Shown here: positions 38,571-48,675 of the stretch, in pieces
How the letters are laid out: each line of letters opens with the position of its first letter
Position numbering within the stretch: the stretch's first letter is position 1
Assembly (NCBI GenBank): GCA_035437945.1
Contig: DAOMZG010000002.1
Span: 1,020-65,019 of the forward strand
Length of the DNA stretch: 64,000 nucleotides
DNA from: Verrucomicrobiota bacterium
Lineage (GTDB): Bacteria > Verrucomicrobiota > Verrucomicrobiia > Limisphaerales > UBA9464
Direction: 5' to 3'
The notes under the pieces: generated by a model
Database searches by the model: none
The model's input: the letters and a program-made list of their open reading frames with translations, nothing else
Told to the model about the DNA's origin: nothing
Made by a program: the position numbers and the translations under genes

Positions 38571-38926
38571 AGGGAAGACCGCTCGACACCGACAGTCGCG
38601 AGCGGACAACTGGAGGATGACCTGACGGAAATATTCGAAGCAAGCGTGCGGTCTTCCTTCTGGCGATTTCATCTAATCCTCCAGTGCTACCGCGGCTCGT
38701 CAGTACCGCTAATGCGGAATAGCGCCACGTCGTTCGGTACCGTCACGGACTGACCTTGGTTTACCCTTGCCGGCGCCACTCGTTCCCATTTGCTCGAAGA
38801 TTAAGCTGCTCGAACCTTGAGCAGATATGCTGACAATTCCCCAGAGACTCATAGGTCCGTCAGAAATCTTGAGGAGATCGGCAACTCCTGGAAACTTTCT
38901 CCGCTGTTCCCGCGTACTCACTTGGT

Positions 38927-39946
38927 ATGCGCATCCAACCGTTTCGGAATCTCAGAATTTTTCGTACCTGCGCGATTATCCTCGCTGCCGCCGAATTGGC
39001 ATTGCTTCCAGCCTCCGGTCTGGAAGCCATCACTAATCAAGTCTTCCAAGTTTCTCCTGGCGGCAACCTAGTGATCGCGGCTGACCGCGGGTCCATCGAT
39101 ATCGTCACTGCCGACACCAATGCTGTGGGCCTGACGGTGATTCGCGAGGTCAAACGGGCCACCGACAGCCAAGCCAAGGAGCTCCTCGAACGCCATCAGC
39201 TCACCTGGGCTCAGAGTGGAAACACCATTACGGTCAAAGCGCGGATGCCCTCGGAGTATCGCAACTGGCGCGGACCGAATCTATCGGTGCGTTATCAAGT
39301 CACCGTGCCGAAGCAGTTCAACCTGGATCTTGATACCAGCGGCGGTTCGATTTCTGTCGCCGAAATTCAAGGTCAACTGAAGCTCGAAACCTCCGGCGGA
39401 TCCATTTCCGCAGGAGAAGTGGATGGCACGGTCAAGGCCAACACTTCGGGCGGAAGCATCAAGATCGCCGGCGTCACGGGCGCAGCGACGGTGGATACTT
39501 CAGGCGGAAGCATTGAATTGGGCGTCATGGGCGGCAGCGTTGACGCGGACACGTCGGGAGGATCCATCCGCATCCGCTCGGCGACCGGCCCGGTGAAGGC
39601 GAAGACTTCCGGCGGCAGCATTGAACTCGGCGATATGGCGGGGCCGGTTCAGGCCGACACGTCCGGCGGCTCCATCACCGCCAAGTTCCCAAAATCTCCG
39701 ACAGGGGACAGCCATCTCGAAACCTCGGGAGGCGGAATCACGGTTTTGGTTGGTGACTCGGTAGGCTTCGATCTCGATGCGGAGTGCTCCGGCGGCCGGG
39801 TCACCTCCGACGTGTCGGTCGCCAGCCAAGGCAAACCGAATAAGTCCGAACTACGCGGTCAAATTGCCGGCGGCGGTCCGAAGCTGGTTCTGCGAACTTC
39901 GGGCGGCGGAATCAGGGTGAAACCGCTGGTCGTTGCCGTGAATTAG
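38927..39946 (+). CDS. DUF4097-like beta-strand-repeat protein
   Basis: Signal-like N-terminus, then eight TSGG(S/G)I units. Confidence 0.7.
   Translation: MRIQPFRNLRIFRTCAIILAAAELALLPASGLEAITNQVFQVSPGGNLVIAADRGSIDIVTADTNAVGLTVIREVKRATDSQAKELLERHQLTWAQSGNTITVKARMPSEYRNWRGPNLSVRYQVTVPKQFNLDLDTSGGSISVAEIQGQLKLETSGGSISAGEVDGTVKANTSGGSIKIAGVTGAATVDTSGGSIELGVMGGSVDADTSGGSIRIRSATGPVKAKTSGGSIELGDMAGPVQADTSGGSITAKFPKSPTGDSHLETSGGGITVLVGDSVGFDLDAECSGGRVTSDVSVASQGKPNKSELRGQIAGGGPKLVLRTSGGGIRVKPLVVAVN
39335..39739 (+). repeat. Intragenic 54-nt (18-aa) periodic repeat, TSGGSI units
   Basis: TSGG(S/G)I occurs at residues 137, 155, 173, 191, 209, 227, 245 and 266 of the protein. Spacing is 18 aa six times, then 21 aa. 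Confidence 0.8.
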
Positions 39947-39988
39947 GAGAGCCATTCAATCTGGGATCGCACATTTCAGATCCAAGGC

Positions 39989-40735
39989 CTAAATCTCGAC
40001 GACCAGGGCCGGTTGGAACCCCGTGTCGAACTGATCCGGATACCCGCGCTGATTTGCTAAAACTCTGGTGCCACCCAGCAGGTAGTCCACAGAGCGATGC
40101 GTGTGTCCGTGAATCCACAACACCGGCCCGCTCCGTACGATCAGATCGTCGAGCGCCGAGGCATACGCCGCCCCAAGGAGGTCGCCTCCGAAGTTGGGAT
40201 CGAGAGACTGAGCGCTCGGCGCATGGTGAGTGGCGACCACGATCTTCTGCCCGCGGCGTCGAATCAGTTCCGCCTCCAGCCAACGCCGCGACCGCGCGTG
40301 GTAACTGGCGGTGTCGCGTCCTTTGAGTCGACGCTGAAAAGGCTGGGTGCGGATCAATCGGTAATCATTCATCGACACCGCCGCATGTTGTCCGGCCGCC
40401 ACGGAATCGCCGAACAGGTTGAAATCGGTCCACAGTGTGCAGCCGAGGAACACCACACCGCCAAGTTCGACGGACCCGTTTTCCAGAAAGTGAATCCGGC
40501 TGAATTGTGTCACCTTCCGCAAATCGCTCAGCACGGTTTCTACGGTTTCGCCATAAAACTCATGATTCCCGGCGAGATAAATTACCGGCACGGAGGGAAA
40601 ATGCTGCTCGATCCAGGGCACTCCTCGAGTGGCTCGATGAAGATCGCCCGCAATGATGACCACGTCGGCGTCGGCCGGGGGTGGGGTCCAGTTTTCAAAC
40701 TCCAGATGGAGATCGCTGAGAATTCTAAGGCGCAT
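39989..40735 (-). CDS. Calcineurin-like metallophosphoesterase
   Basis: MRLRILSDLHLEF, IIAGDL, AGNHEF and IHGHTH motifs. ATG 40735 chosen over ORF-track 40945. Confidence 0.8.
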   Translation of the reverse strand: MRLRILSDLHLEFENWTPPPADADVVIIAGDLHRATRGVPWIEQHFPSVPVIYLAGNHEFYGETVETVLSDLRKVTQFSRIHFLENGSVELGGVVFLGCTLWTDFNLFGDSVAAGQHAAVSMNDYRLIRTQPFQRRLKGRDTASYHARSRRWLEAELIRRRGQKIVVATHHAPSAQSLDPNFGGDLLGAAYASALDDLIVRSGPVLWIHGHTHRSVDYLLGGTRVLANQRGYPDQFDTGFQPALVVEI

Positions 40736-41170
40736 CAAAGCGCTCCGCCGGATCGGGCGTCGCGAGCCGCCGTTCATACGGAAGGTGCCCTCGCAAGAGA
40801 AGCCGTATCGAGGCAAAGGAGCCGCCGAGCCGCCGAGGGAACGAGGCGCATTCATCCGCTGAGGCGCCGAACAAATCAGTGCGGGTCCTGATTCTTCAGC
40901 GAGGGAGCGAACCCAGATAGCGCGACCTCCCATCCGCGGCCACACGGCCCCTGTCGGACTCCGCCTTCAGGTGCGGGCGAGCGGGGCGCGGGATTCATCC
41001 CGCCGGAACCTCGCAGCGGGCCCTGTCCCACAACAACTCCCAAGGTCTGTTCGCGATTCACGCCCCTGCAGACTGAGGTCCGCGTCCCATCTGGGGCTCG
41101 TAGGCTCGTAGCTTCAGGGCACACTCGATCTTGACTGTAAATTGTCTCTCTCGGTTCGCTTCCCGTCGTC

Positions 41171-42280
41171 ATGGCTGCCTCTGAAGCTCCCGCCCTCAAA
41201 GAATGGTTCGACGCCAACCGATTCCGGCAGGTGACCAATGAGATTCGTGCAATCTATCCGGCGTTCGACACGGTGCGCTTCCTCGGCCTCGCACTGCCCG
41301 GTCTCGAGACTCTCACGCTGATGCAACGGTTGCGTCGCATGACGGAAAGCCTGAAGGCCACCCTGCCGTCGGACTATCGAAAGACGTTGAGCATTTTGCG
41401 TCAGTTTGCCCCCCGCATTGACCACGACTTCGTCACGCTGGTTCTGCCGGATTACGTTGGACAGTACGGTCTCGACGACTTCGACTTGTCACTGGAAGCC
41501 CTGGAATTCTTCACGACCTTTGGCTCCTCGGAGTTTGCTGTTCGGGAATTTCTGCGGCGCGACTTGAAACGCACGCTGGCAGTTATGGAACGATGGTCCC
41601 GGAGCGAAAACGAATCTGTTCGACGATTGGCGAGCGAAGGTTGCCGGCCACGTTTGCCTTGGTCCTTCCATCTCGAAGCGCTCATCGCCGATCCGTCGCC
41701 GGTGGCGCCGATCCTCGAAAACCTCAAAACCGATCCTAGCCTATACGTGCGGAAATCCGTGGCGAACCACCTCAACGACATCACCAGGGACCATCCGGGC
41801 TGGGTTTTGGACCGCCTAGCGCGCTGGCCCCGGGAGAATCCTCACACCGCCTGGATCACGAAACGTGCGCTCCGAACCTTGATCAAAAAGGGCGACCGTC
41901 GTGCGCTCGCTGTAATCGGCGCCGGCGACAAGCCGAAGGTGGCGATCCGCGACCTCCAAATCCGCCCACAGAAGATCACCCTGGGGGATCAAATCAGGCT
42001 GTCCTTTCGACTCGAGTCGAAGTCTATCAAGGCCCAGCGACTGGTCGTGGATTACACCCTGCACTACGTCAAAAAATCGGGCGGCACCTCGGCGAAGGTT
42101 TTCAAATTGAAGGAACTTACCCTGGCCCCAGGCGAATCGGTGTCCCTTGCCCGCGTTCAGCGGATTCGCGACTTCACCACCCGGGTCCATCATCCGGGGC
42201 GCCACCAGGTCCAAATCATGGTGAACGGCGAATCGCTGGCGAAGGATGCCTTTTATCTGTCGCGCAGGAAACCTTCCTGA
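41171..42280 (+). CDS. DNA alkylation repair protein (AlkD-like HEAT repeats) with C-terminal extension
   Basis: ESVRRLASEGCRPRLPW...DPSLYVRKSVANHLNDITRDHP is the family's signature region. Confidence 0.75.
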   Translation: MAASEAPALKEWFDANRFRQVTNEIRAIYPAFDTVRFLGLALPGLETLTLMQRLRRMTESLKATLPSDYRKTLSILRQFAPRIDHDFVTLVLPDYVGQYGLDDFDLSLEALEFFTTFGSSEFAVREFLRRDLKRTLAVMERWSRSENESVRRLASEGCRPRLPWSFHLEALIADPSPVAPILENLKTDPSLYVRKSVANHLNDITRDHPGWVLDRLARWPRENPHTAWITKRALRTLIKKGDRRALAVIGAGDKPKVAIRDLQIRPQKITLGDQIRLSFRLESKSIKAQRLVVDYTLHYVKKSGGTSAKVFKLKELTLAPGESVSLARVQRIRDFTTRVHHPGRHQVQIMVNGESLAKDAFYLSRRKPS

Positions 42281-42569
42281 CGCCGCAGCGCGGCAAATTG
42301 CCACGTGGAGTGCGCTGGCAGGACGGCAGGACAGCGCCATGAGTTCGCCGCGTGGAGTCGCTCTTCCGCTGCACGTGCGTTTGACGGTGAATCCATGGCG
42401 GAGTCGTGCCTCCGCAGTCCAAGTCTGCGTTGCACGGCCTCGATTCACTTCCGGACTTTGGAGGTTCCGCTACTCAAGTCCACGGGCATGACCGGATTTC
42501 GATCAGCGACGATAAAGCAACGTCCGGAAACATTTACGACGAGAGGCCTGTGCGTCACCTTTCTGGCCG

Positions 42570-43103
42570 ATGCACGTTCCGACGCTCGCGGAAAAACTGG
42601 GCACGACGGCGCATTTGTCGCCGCTGCTACAAAAGGCACGGCGCTTAGGATTTGGCCCCCGAGAACTGGAGATTCTCGCAGTTCAAAGGGGTTGTTCTCA
42701 TTATTCGACCGGAGACGAACCGTCCATACCACTCACGGATGAAACAACCTTCCCCAATGAAGAACTGGCCGTCGCCCTGTTGTGTCCCGCGCTACGCTAT
42801 GATCCGCATACCATCCGCTGTGGGGCGGCGATGCTGAGTGCCCCAGGCAACCGACCGAAGCGGCTAGCTCGACTGTTGCGAATGGAACGTGCGGTTCAAC
42901 CGGGACGGCAGATTGCGGAAGCTGGGCATCACTTCGAGCCGGAGAACCCTTTCTGGAACCAATTGCTTGATGCGCTGCCACCTTCACCGTCTCCGATTCC
43001 TGGAGTGTTGCCGCATCCGACGCGTTACGTGTCGATGACGGGATTTACCCGGAACGGACCTGGATTGTGGACGCGTTGGATTCGTCCTACGAGTAAACCG
43101 TGA
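42570..43103 (+). CDS. Hypothetical protein (upstream partner of the nucleotidyltransferase-fold gene)
   Basis: 177-codon ORF. Its stop overlaps the next start (GTGA). I recognise no family. Confidence 0.4.
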   Translation: MHVPTLAEKLGTTAHLSPLLQKARRLGFGPRELEILAVQRGCSHYSTGDEPSIPLTDETTFPNEELAVALLCPALRYDPHTIRCGAAMLSAPGNRPKRLARLLRMERAVQPGRQIAEAGHHFEPENPFWNQLLDALPPSPSPIPGVLPHPTRYVSMTGFTRNGPGLWTRWIRPTSKP

Positions 43104-43666
43104 GCAACGCGGAACGAATTCTCCAAGTGTTGGATCGAAGGCTTGACCACCCGGTTAGACTTATTGTTTACGGGCGAGCGGCCCTGGCCTTGGGGTTCAA
43201 TTCGCCTCCGCCGGGAGCTTTGGTCTCGCTAGACGTGGACGCGATCATTCCACTGCCGGAAGTTTCAGCGTGGCAGGCGGACGTAGGTTTTTGGGACGCA
43301 CAGGAGGCAACCAACGCGGAACTCGAGCCTGATGGCCTCTACATCACCCACCTCTTCCGGGCCGACCAAATCTTTCTCCGCCGTGACTGGGAGCAACATT
43401 TGGTGGCTATCACTCGCCCACCCACTCGGTGGCTGCAGCTCTTCCGGCCGGCGACTTTAGATTTGATCCTGACAAAAATGATGCGAGGAGACGACCCGCA
43501 GGACATGGCCGACGTGGAATTTTTGATCCGTCATGACCACATTACAGCGGCCCAGGTTGAAAGCGCGATGGCCGAGGTCGTGTTGCCAGAGCTCGCGGAA
43601 TTGCGGGAGGCATTTGCGCAAGCTCAGCCGCGGGTCCGCGAATTGGCGCGGGTCGCCGGCTTTTGA
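43100..43666 (+). CDS. Nucleotidyltransferase-fold protein (DUF6036/AbiEii-like)
   Basis: LIVYGRAALAL...SLDVDAI (G-x...DxD Pol-beta-type motif), and later LDLILTKMMRGDDPQDMADVEFLI as in DUF6036-type proteins. Confidence 0.5.
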   Translation: MSNAERILQVLDRRLDHPVRLIVYGRAALALGFNSPPPGALVSLDVDAIIPLPEVSAWQADVGFWDAQEATNAELEPDGLYITHLFRADQIFLRRDWEQHLVAITRPPTRWLQLFRPATLDLILTKMMRGDDPQDMADVEFLIRHDHITAAQVESAMAEVVLPELAELREAFAQAQPRVRELARVAGF

Positions 43667-43809
43667 GCCAGCCCGGGGCAACAGTGAATCTGTCGGTGCG
43701 CCTCTCGCACGGGGCGTTGCTGGAGCAAGTCCGGACTCCCCAACCCGTCAATCCCAGGGTTGTGTTCCTGAAGCTGGGCCGCAACGTTTGCGTCTACCGC
43801 ACACCCAAT

Positions 43810-46800
43810 ATGCGACGTCGAGTATCATGGATTGCCGTCGGAGCCGCGCTTGGACTGACCTGGCGGTTGGCCCAGGCGGCCAACCCGGCGCCGGCCAAGC
43901 TCGAATACAACCGCGACATCCGTCCGATACTTTCTGATACCTGCTTCCATTGTCACGGGCCCGATAAGAATGCTCGCAAGGGGAAGATGCGACTCGATGT
44001 GCGGGAAGAGGCGCTCGCGAAGAAGGCGTTTGTTCCCGGTCAACCGGATGAAAGCGAATTGGTGAAGCGACTTTTCAGCGCCGATCCGGAGGAGTTGATG
44101 CCTCCGCCCGATGCCCACAAGCCACTCACCGAAGCTCAGAAGCAACTGTTGAAGCGGTGGATCGCCGAAGGAGCCGAATACCAGCCGCACTGGGCGTACT
44201 TGCCCGTGACGAGGCCACCTTCACCCGATCTTCCCGCTTCACCCAAGCGTCAAAGGCGAACCGCCCCGCCGAACCCGATTGATGCATTCGTGTCGGCCCG
44301 CATGGCGGAACACGGCCTTGAGATGTCAGCCGCAGCCGACCGCCGAACACTGCTCCGCCGCCTGAGCCTCGATCTGACGGGCCTTCCGCCCACCCCGGCG
44401 GAAGTAGACGCATTCGTCGCCGACAAGAGTAGCGACGCTTACGCGAAGCAAGTGGAACGCCTGCTCGCGTCGCCTCATTTCGGCGAACGCATGGCGGTAC
44501 CGTGGCTGGACTTGGTTCGGTTCGCCGACACGGTGGGCTACCACGGGGATCAGAATGCCAACGTGTTTCCCTATCGCGATTACGTGATTGCGGCGTTCAA
44601 CGAGAACAAACCGTTCGATCAATTCACGCGCGAGCAACTTGCCGGCGACTTGCTGCCCAATCCCACGATCGACGCCCGCATTGCAACCGGGTTTAACCGG
44701 CTGAACATGATGACGCGCGAAGGCGGAGCTCAGCCCAAAGAATACTTGGCTAAATACGCGGGGGATCGCGTGCGAACCGTGGCGATGACTTGGCTGGGCT
44801 CGACGATGGGTTGCGCCGAGTGCCACGACCACAAGTTCGATCCCTTCACTCAAAAGGACTTTTACGCGCTCGAGGCTTTCTTCGCCGACGTGAAGCAGTG
44901 GGGAGTCTATAACGACTACGATTATACTCCGAATCCGGACCTGAAAGGCTGGAGCAATGATCATCCGTTCCCACCTGAAATCGAGGTCAATAGCCCTTAC
45001 CTCCAACTACAGGCGGCCCGATTTGCGGATCAGATGGAAGCGATCAGTCGCAGCATGGCCAACGTGGCCACACGCGATGATCGCAGTCGCCAGGCATTTG
45101 CTGCGTGGCAAGCGGAGTCGAAGGCCTTCCTCAACCGACATACCAACGGCTGGGCGGTGCCGACACCGGAGCCGGTCAACGCTTCCACGAACTTCACAAT
45201 CACCGCCGAAGGTGAACTCATCGTCGTTCGGCCCGCGGAAGGCGGGGAAAAAGTGGGATTGCCCAAGGTGAGTCTCAAGCTTCCGGCGGGTTGGTTGGCC
45301 GCGATCCGATTGGAGCTCCTTCCTGAAGGCACCAATGGCATCACCCGTGACGGCAAGAGCACGCAAGTCCGACCATCATTTGCCTTGGTGCGAGGCACCA
45401 ACCCTCCCAGCGAGCTTCCGATTCATCACGCCGAAGCCACGCTGACCGAAGCGCGGTACGCTAATGGGAGGGAGATCATCGGCATTCGCGACGGCTGGAA
45501 GACCAGCAGCCAACGGATTAACGAACCGCAGACAGGCATCTGGGTGCTCCGACTATCGCAGCCCATCGAAGAAGGCGACTCACTCGTCGTCGATTTTAAG
45601 AACAACAATCTCCAGAAAGTTCGAGTCGCAGTGACTCCATTCGCCGCGGCGAATCCGCTGCGGGCAGGTGCCAATGTTGAGTTGATGGATGCCCTGAATA
45701 GTCCCCCCACCAAACGGTCGGAGCGCGAGCGACTCCTTTTAGCCGAAACTTGGCTGCTCAGCACGGACATCAATCGCTTCGAGCGCGAGCGCTTCCAAGC
45801 GGCGCATTGGGAATTCTTGAACTGTCGCGCCGGTCGCACGCCAGCCGTCGTCACGGCCGCTTGGGAACCGATGATCACCCGTGTGCTCGGCCGTGGCAAC
45901 TGGATGGACGAGTCCGGTGAAATCGTAACTCCAAATCCGCCGGCATTCCTACCTCGCGCGGGCTTGCCCACCGATCGCCGACTGACCCGCCTGGACTTAG
46001 CCAACTGGCTCGTCGCGCCGGAGAACCCGCTGACAGCCCGGGTGTTCGCCAATCGCCTTTGGAAGCAATTTTTCGGCAACGGACTTTCGGCCCAAGTCGA
46101 AGACCTCGGAGCCCAAGGGGAATGGCCCACTCACCCCGAACTCCTCGATTGGCTGGCCACGGAGTTTCGCGAACCCACCGTTCCCTTGGAGAACCCCAAG
46201 CTCAACGCCCAGGCGGCGCATGCCTGGGACGTTAAGCACTTGGTACGACTCATCGTAAATTCGGCCGCGTATCAGCAGAGCTCGAACCTGCGTCCCGAAA
46301 CTCGGGAGTCAGATCCGAACAATCGCTGGCTGGCGTCCCAGAATCCGCGCCGACTCGAGGCCGAGTTTGTTCGCGACAACGCCCTCTTCATCGCGGGTTT
46401 GTTAAACGAGGATCTGGGCGGGCCAAGCGTCTTCCCGTACCAGCCGGCGGGCTACTATGCGAACCTCCAATTCCCCGACCGCGACTACGTGGCGAGCTCC
46501 GACGAACGCCAATATCGCCGCGGGGTGTACTCGCATTGGCAGCGAACTTTTCTCAATCCGATGCTCGCGAACTTCGATGCCCCGGCCCGTGAAGAATGCA
46601 CCGCCACTCGAACGGTATCCAACACACCGCAACAAGCCCTCACCTTGCTGAATGATCCGACGTTTGTGGAAGCGTCCCGGGCTCTCGCGGAACGATTGCT
46701 ACGCTATCGCTATGAATCGAAAGAGGACGTCAATCGAATCATGGATGCCTTCCAAATCGCACTGGCCCGTCCACCCAAAACGTCCGAGACCGAATCCTTG

Positions 46801-46977
46801 ACTAGATTTCTCGCGCTCCAGCGCCGCCAATACGCGGCCGATCCGGAGGATGCGAAGAAGTTCCTCCGCACCGGCCAACGACCCGTTCCGATTGGCGCCG
46901 ACGAACCCGAGCTCGCCGCCTGGACCCAAGTCGCGCGCGTTGTGTTGAACCTCCACGAGACGATCACCCGCTATTGA
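43810..46977 (+). CDS. PSCyt / DUF1549 (PSCyt2) / DUF1553 (PSD1) domain protein
   Basis: Signal at ATG 43810; RDIRPILSDTCFHCHGPDKNARKGKMRLD (CxxCH); CAECHDHKFDP; C-terminal DUF1553 blocks (TVSNTPQQALTLLND). Confidence 0.9.
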   Translation: MRRRVSWIAVGAALGLTWRLAQAANPAPAKLEYNRDIRPILSDTCFHCHGPDKNARKGKMRLDVREEALAKKAFVPGQPDESELVKRLFSADPEELMPPPDAHKPLTEAQKQLLKRWIAEGAEYQPHWAYLPVTRPPSPDLPASPKRQRRTAPPNPIDAFVSARMAEHGLEMSAAADRRTLLRRLSLDLTGLPPTPAEVDAFVADKSSDAYAKQVERLLASPHFGERMAVPWLDLVRFADTVGYHGDQNANVFPYRDYVIAAFNENKPFDQFTREQLAGDLLPNPTIDARIATGFNRLNMMTREGGAQPKEYLAKYAGDRVRTVAMTWLGSTMGCAECHDHKFDPFTQKDFYALEAFFADVKQWGVYNDYDYTPNPDLKGWSNDHPFPPEIEVNSPYLQLQAARFADQMEAISRSMANVATRDDRSRQAFAAWQAESKAFLNRHTNGWAVPTPEPVNASTNFTITAEGELIVVRPAEGGEKVGLPKVSLKLPAGWLAAIRLELLPEGTNGITRDGKSTQVRPSFALVRGTNPPSELPIHHAEATLTEARYANGREIIGIRDGWKTSSQRINEPQTGIWVLRLSQPIEEGDSLVVDFKNNNLQKVRVAVTPFAAANPLRAGANVELMDALNSPPTKRSERERLLLAETWLLSTDINRFERERFQAAHWEFLNCRAGRTPAVVTAAWEPMITRVLGRGNWMDESGEIVTPNPPAFLPRAGLPTDRRLTRLDLANWLVAPENPLTARVFANRLWKQFFGNGLSAQVEDLGAQGEWPTHPELLDWLATEFREPTVPLENPKLNAQAAHAWDVKHLVRLIVNSAAYQQSSNLRPETRESDPNNRWLASQNPRRLEAEFVRDNALFIAGLLNEDLGGPSVFPYQPAGYYANLQFPDRDYVASSDERQYRRGVYSHWQRTFLNPMLANFDAPAREECTATRTVSNTPQQALTLLNDPTFVEASRALAERLLRYRYESKEDVNRIMDAFQIALARPPKTSETESLTRFLALQRRQYAADPEDAKKFLRTGQRPVPIGADEPELAAWTQVARVVLNLHETITRY

Positions 46978-46998
46978 TGATCGCCCACCATTGAGCCT

Positions 46999-48498
46999 AT
47001 GACGCCCTTCGAATCATTACGTTTTGCTCCCTCAATCAACCGTCCTGGAACACCCTCTGCCGAGTGGCCGGAGTTGACCGTCGATCCCCTCTCCATAAAT
47101 CGCCGCACCTTCCTCCACCGTTCAGCCTACGGCCTCGGAGGGCTTGCCCTTGCCTCGCTGTTGGACCGTTCGTGGTTGACTCGCGCGAAGGCAGCGCCCG
47201 CGAGTTGGAATGGCGCGCTGACTGAACCCCATTTTCCCATCAAGGCCAAACGCGTGATTCATCTCTGCATGGCCGGCGGCCCGTCCCATCTCGAGACCTT
47301 TGATTGGAAACCTAAGTTGAAGGAACTCCACGACCAGCCGTTCCCGGATTCATTCACCAAAGGCCAGCAACTCGCGCAGCTCCAAAACAAAGTGCTCAAG
47401 GCCCGCGGGCCCGCCGCTACCTTCACTCGCTCTGGCCAAGCCGGCCTTGAGATTTCTGATTACTTTCCGCACCTCCAATCGGTCGCCGATCAGTTGTGCG
47501 TTGTGCGCTCGATGCAGACCGAGCAGATCAACCATGATCCAGCCCACGCCTTCATGAACACCGGGTCGATCATCAAAGGCCGGCCCAGCATGGGCTCGTG
47601 GCTCTTGTACGGACTCGGCGCCGAGACCGAAGAGTTACCCGGTTTCATTGTGCTGACCTCCGCCGGCAAATATGGCCAACAGCCGGTCTCCGCTCGTCAA
47701 TGGTCAGCCGGCTTTCTGCCGAGCAAGTTTCAGGGCATCCAATTCCAGTCGCGCGGCGATGCGGTCCATTTTGTCGGTAGTCCCGAGGGCGTCTGTCAAA
47801 GCACGCAACGCCAAGTCATCGAGGAGGTCAACCGTCTCAACGGAATTCTCGCGGAAGATCGAATTGACCCTGAAATCCAAACCCGCATCGCCCAGTACGA
47901 GATGGCGTTTCGGATGCAGGCTTCGGTTCCCAGCCTGACCGACTTCAGTCAGGAACCCAAAGCGATGCTCGAACTCTACGGGGTGAAACAACCGGGTGAC
48001 GGAAGCTTCGCGTCGAACTGCCTGCTCGCGCGTCGCCTCGCCGAACGCGGAGTCCGCATGATCCAATTGTATCACCGCGCCTGGGATCATCATTCCGACA
48101 TCGAACAAGCCATGCCGAGCGCCGCGAAAGATGTGGATCAAGCCAGCGCGGCGCTCCTCAAGGATCTGAAGCAACGGGGCCTGTTGGACGACACCTTGAT
48201 ACTTTGGGGCGGCGAGTTTGGCCGGACGCCGATGGGCCAAGGATCGGGCCGAGACCATCACATTCTCGCCTTCTCGGTATTCCTCGCCGGCGGCGGAGCC
48301 AGACCCGGGACAGTCTACGGCGCCACCGACGAACTGGGTTATCGCTCAGTGGACGACGTGGTCAGCGTCCATGATCTGCACGCCACCATGCTCGCGCTGC
48401 TGGGCGTGGACCACCGGCGACTCACAGTGAAATTTCAGGGGCTCGACGCCCGCCTCACGGGAATCGCCGGAAACATCGTCAAAGGGTTGATGACGTAA
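46999..48498 (+). CDS. DUF1501 domain protein (sulfatase-fold) with Tat signal
   Basis: NRRTFLHRSAYGLGGLALASLL; GGPSHLETFDWKP; EFGRTP; DHH. Canonical partner of the upstream PSD protein. Confidence 0.9.
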   Translation: MTPFESLRFAPSINRPGTPSAEWPELTVDPLSINRRTFLHRSAYGLGGLALASLLDRSWLTRAKAAPASWNGALTEPHFPIKAKRVIHLCMAGGPSHLETFDWKPKLKELHDQPFPDSFTKGQQLAQLQNKVLKARGPAATFTRSGQAGLEISDYFPHLQSVADQLCVVRSMQTEQINHDPAHAFMNTGSIIKGRPSMGSWLLYGLGAETEELPGFIVLTSAGKYGQQPVSARQWSAGFLPSKFQGIQFQSRGDAVHFVGSPEGVCQSTQRQVIEEVNRLNGILAEDRIDPEIQTRIAQYEMAFRMQASVPSLTDFSQEPKAMLELYGVKQPGDGSFASNCLLARRLAERGVRMIQLYHRAWDHHSDIEQAMPSAAKDVDQASAALLKDLKQRGLLDDTLILWGGEFGRTPMGQGSGRDHHILAFSVFLAGGGARPGTVYGATDELGYRSVDDVVSVHDLHATMLALLGVDHRRLTVKFQGLDARLTGIAGNIVKGLMT

Positions 48499-48614
48499 GG
48501 TTGGGGGAGCACGCGTCCGATCGGCCGATTTGGGCGTCCCGCCCGACTCCTCGTCACACACCATTCCCAGCTCTCCCCGGGCGAGAAAGGTGGTTGAACC
48601 CTGTTTTGGCCCGA

Positions 48615-48657
48615 CGCCCAAAACAACACGCCGGCGCATGCCCCAATCCTCCCTTCA
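48615..48657. repeat. Intergenic motif copy B, preceded by an 8-bp hairpin (48602-48625)
   Basis: Shares CGCCCAAAACAACACGCC and CCCCAATCCTC with copy A. TGTTTTGG (48602-48609) pairs with CCAAAACA (48618-48625). Confidence 0.6.
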
Positions 48658-48675
48658 ACCAAATCCACCGCCGAA

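Noticed and set aside
39335-39739. Regular roughly 54-nt periodicity that could be mistaken for a CRISPR-like array.
   Set aside because: The units are in frame within a 339-aa ORF and encode TSGGSI beta-strand repeats. There is no spacer/repeat alternation and there are no cas genes.
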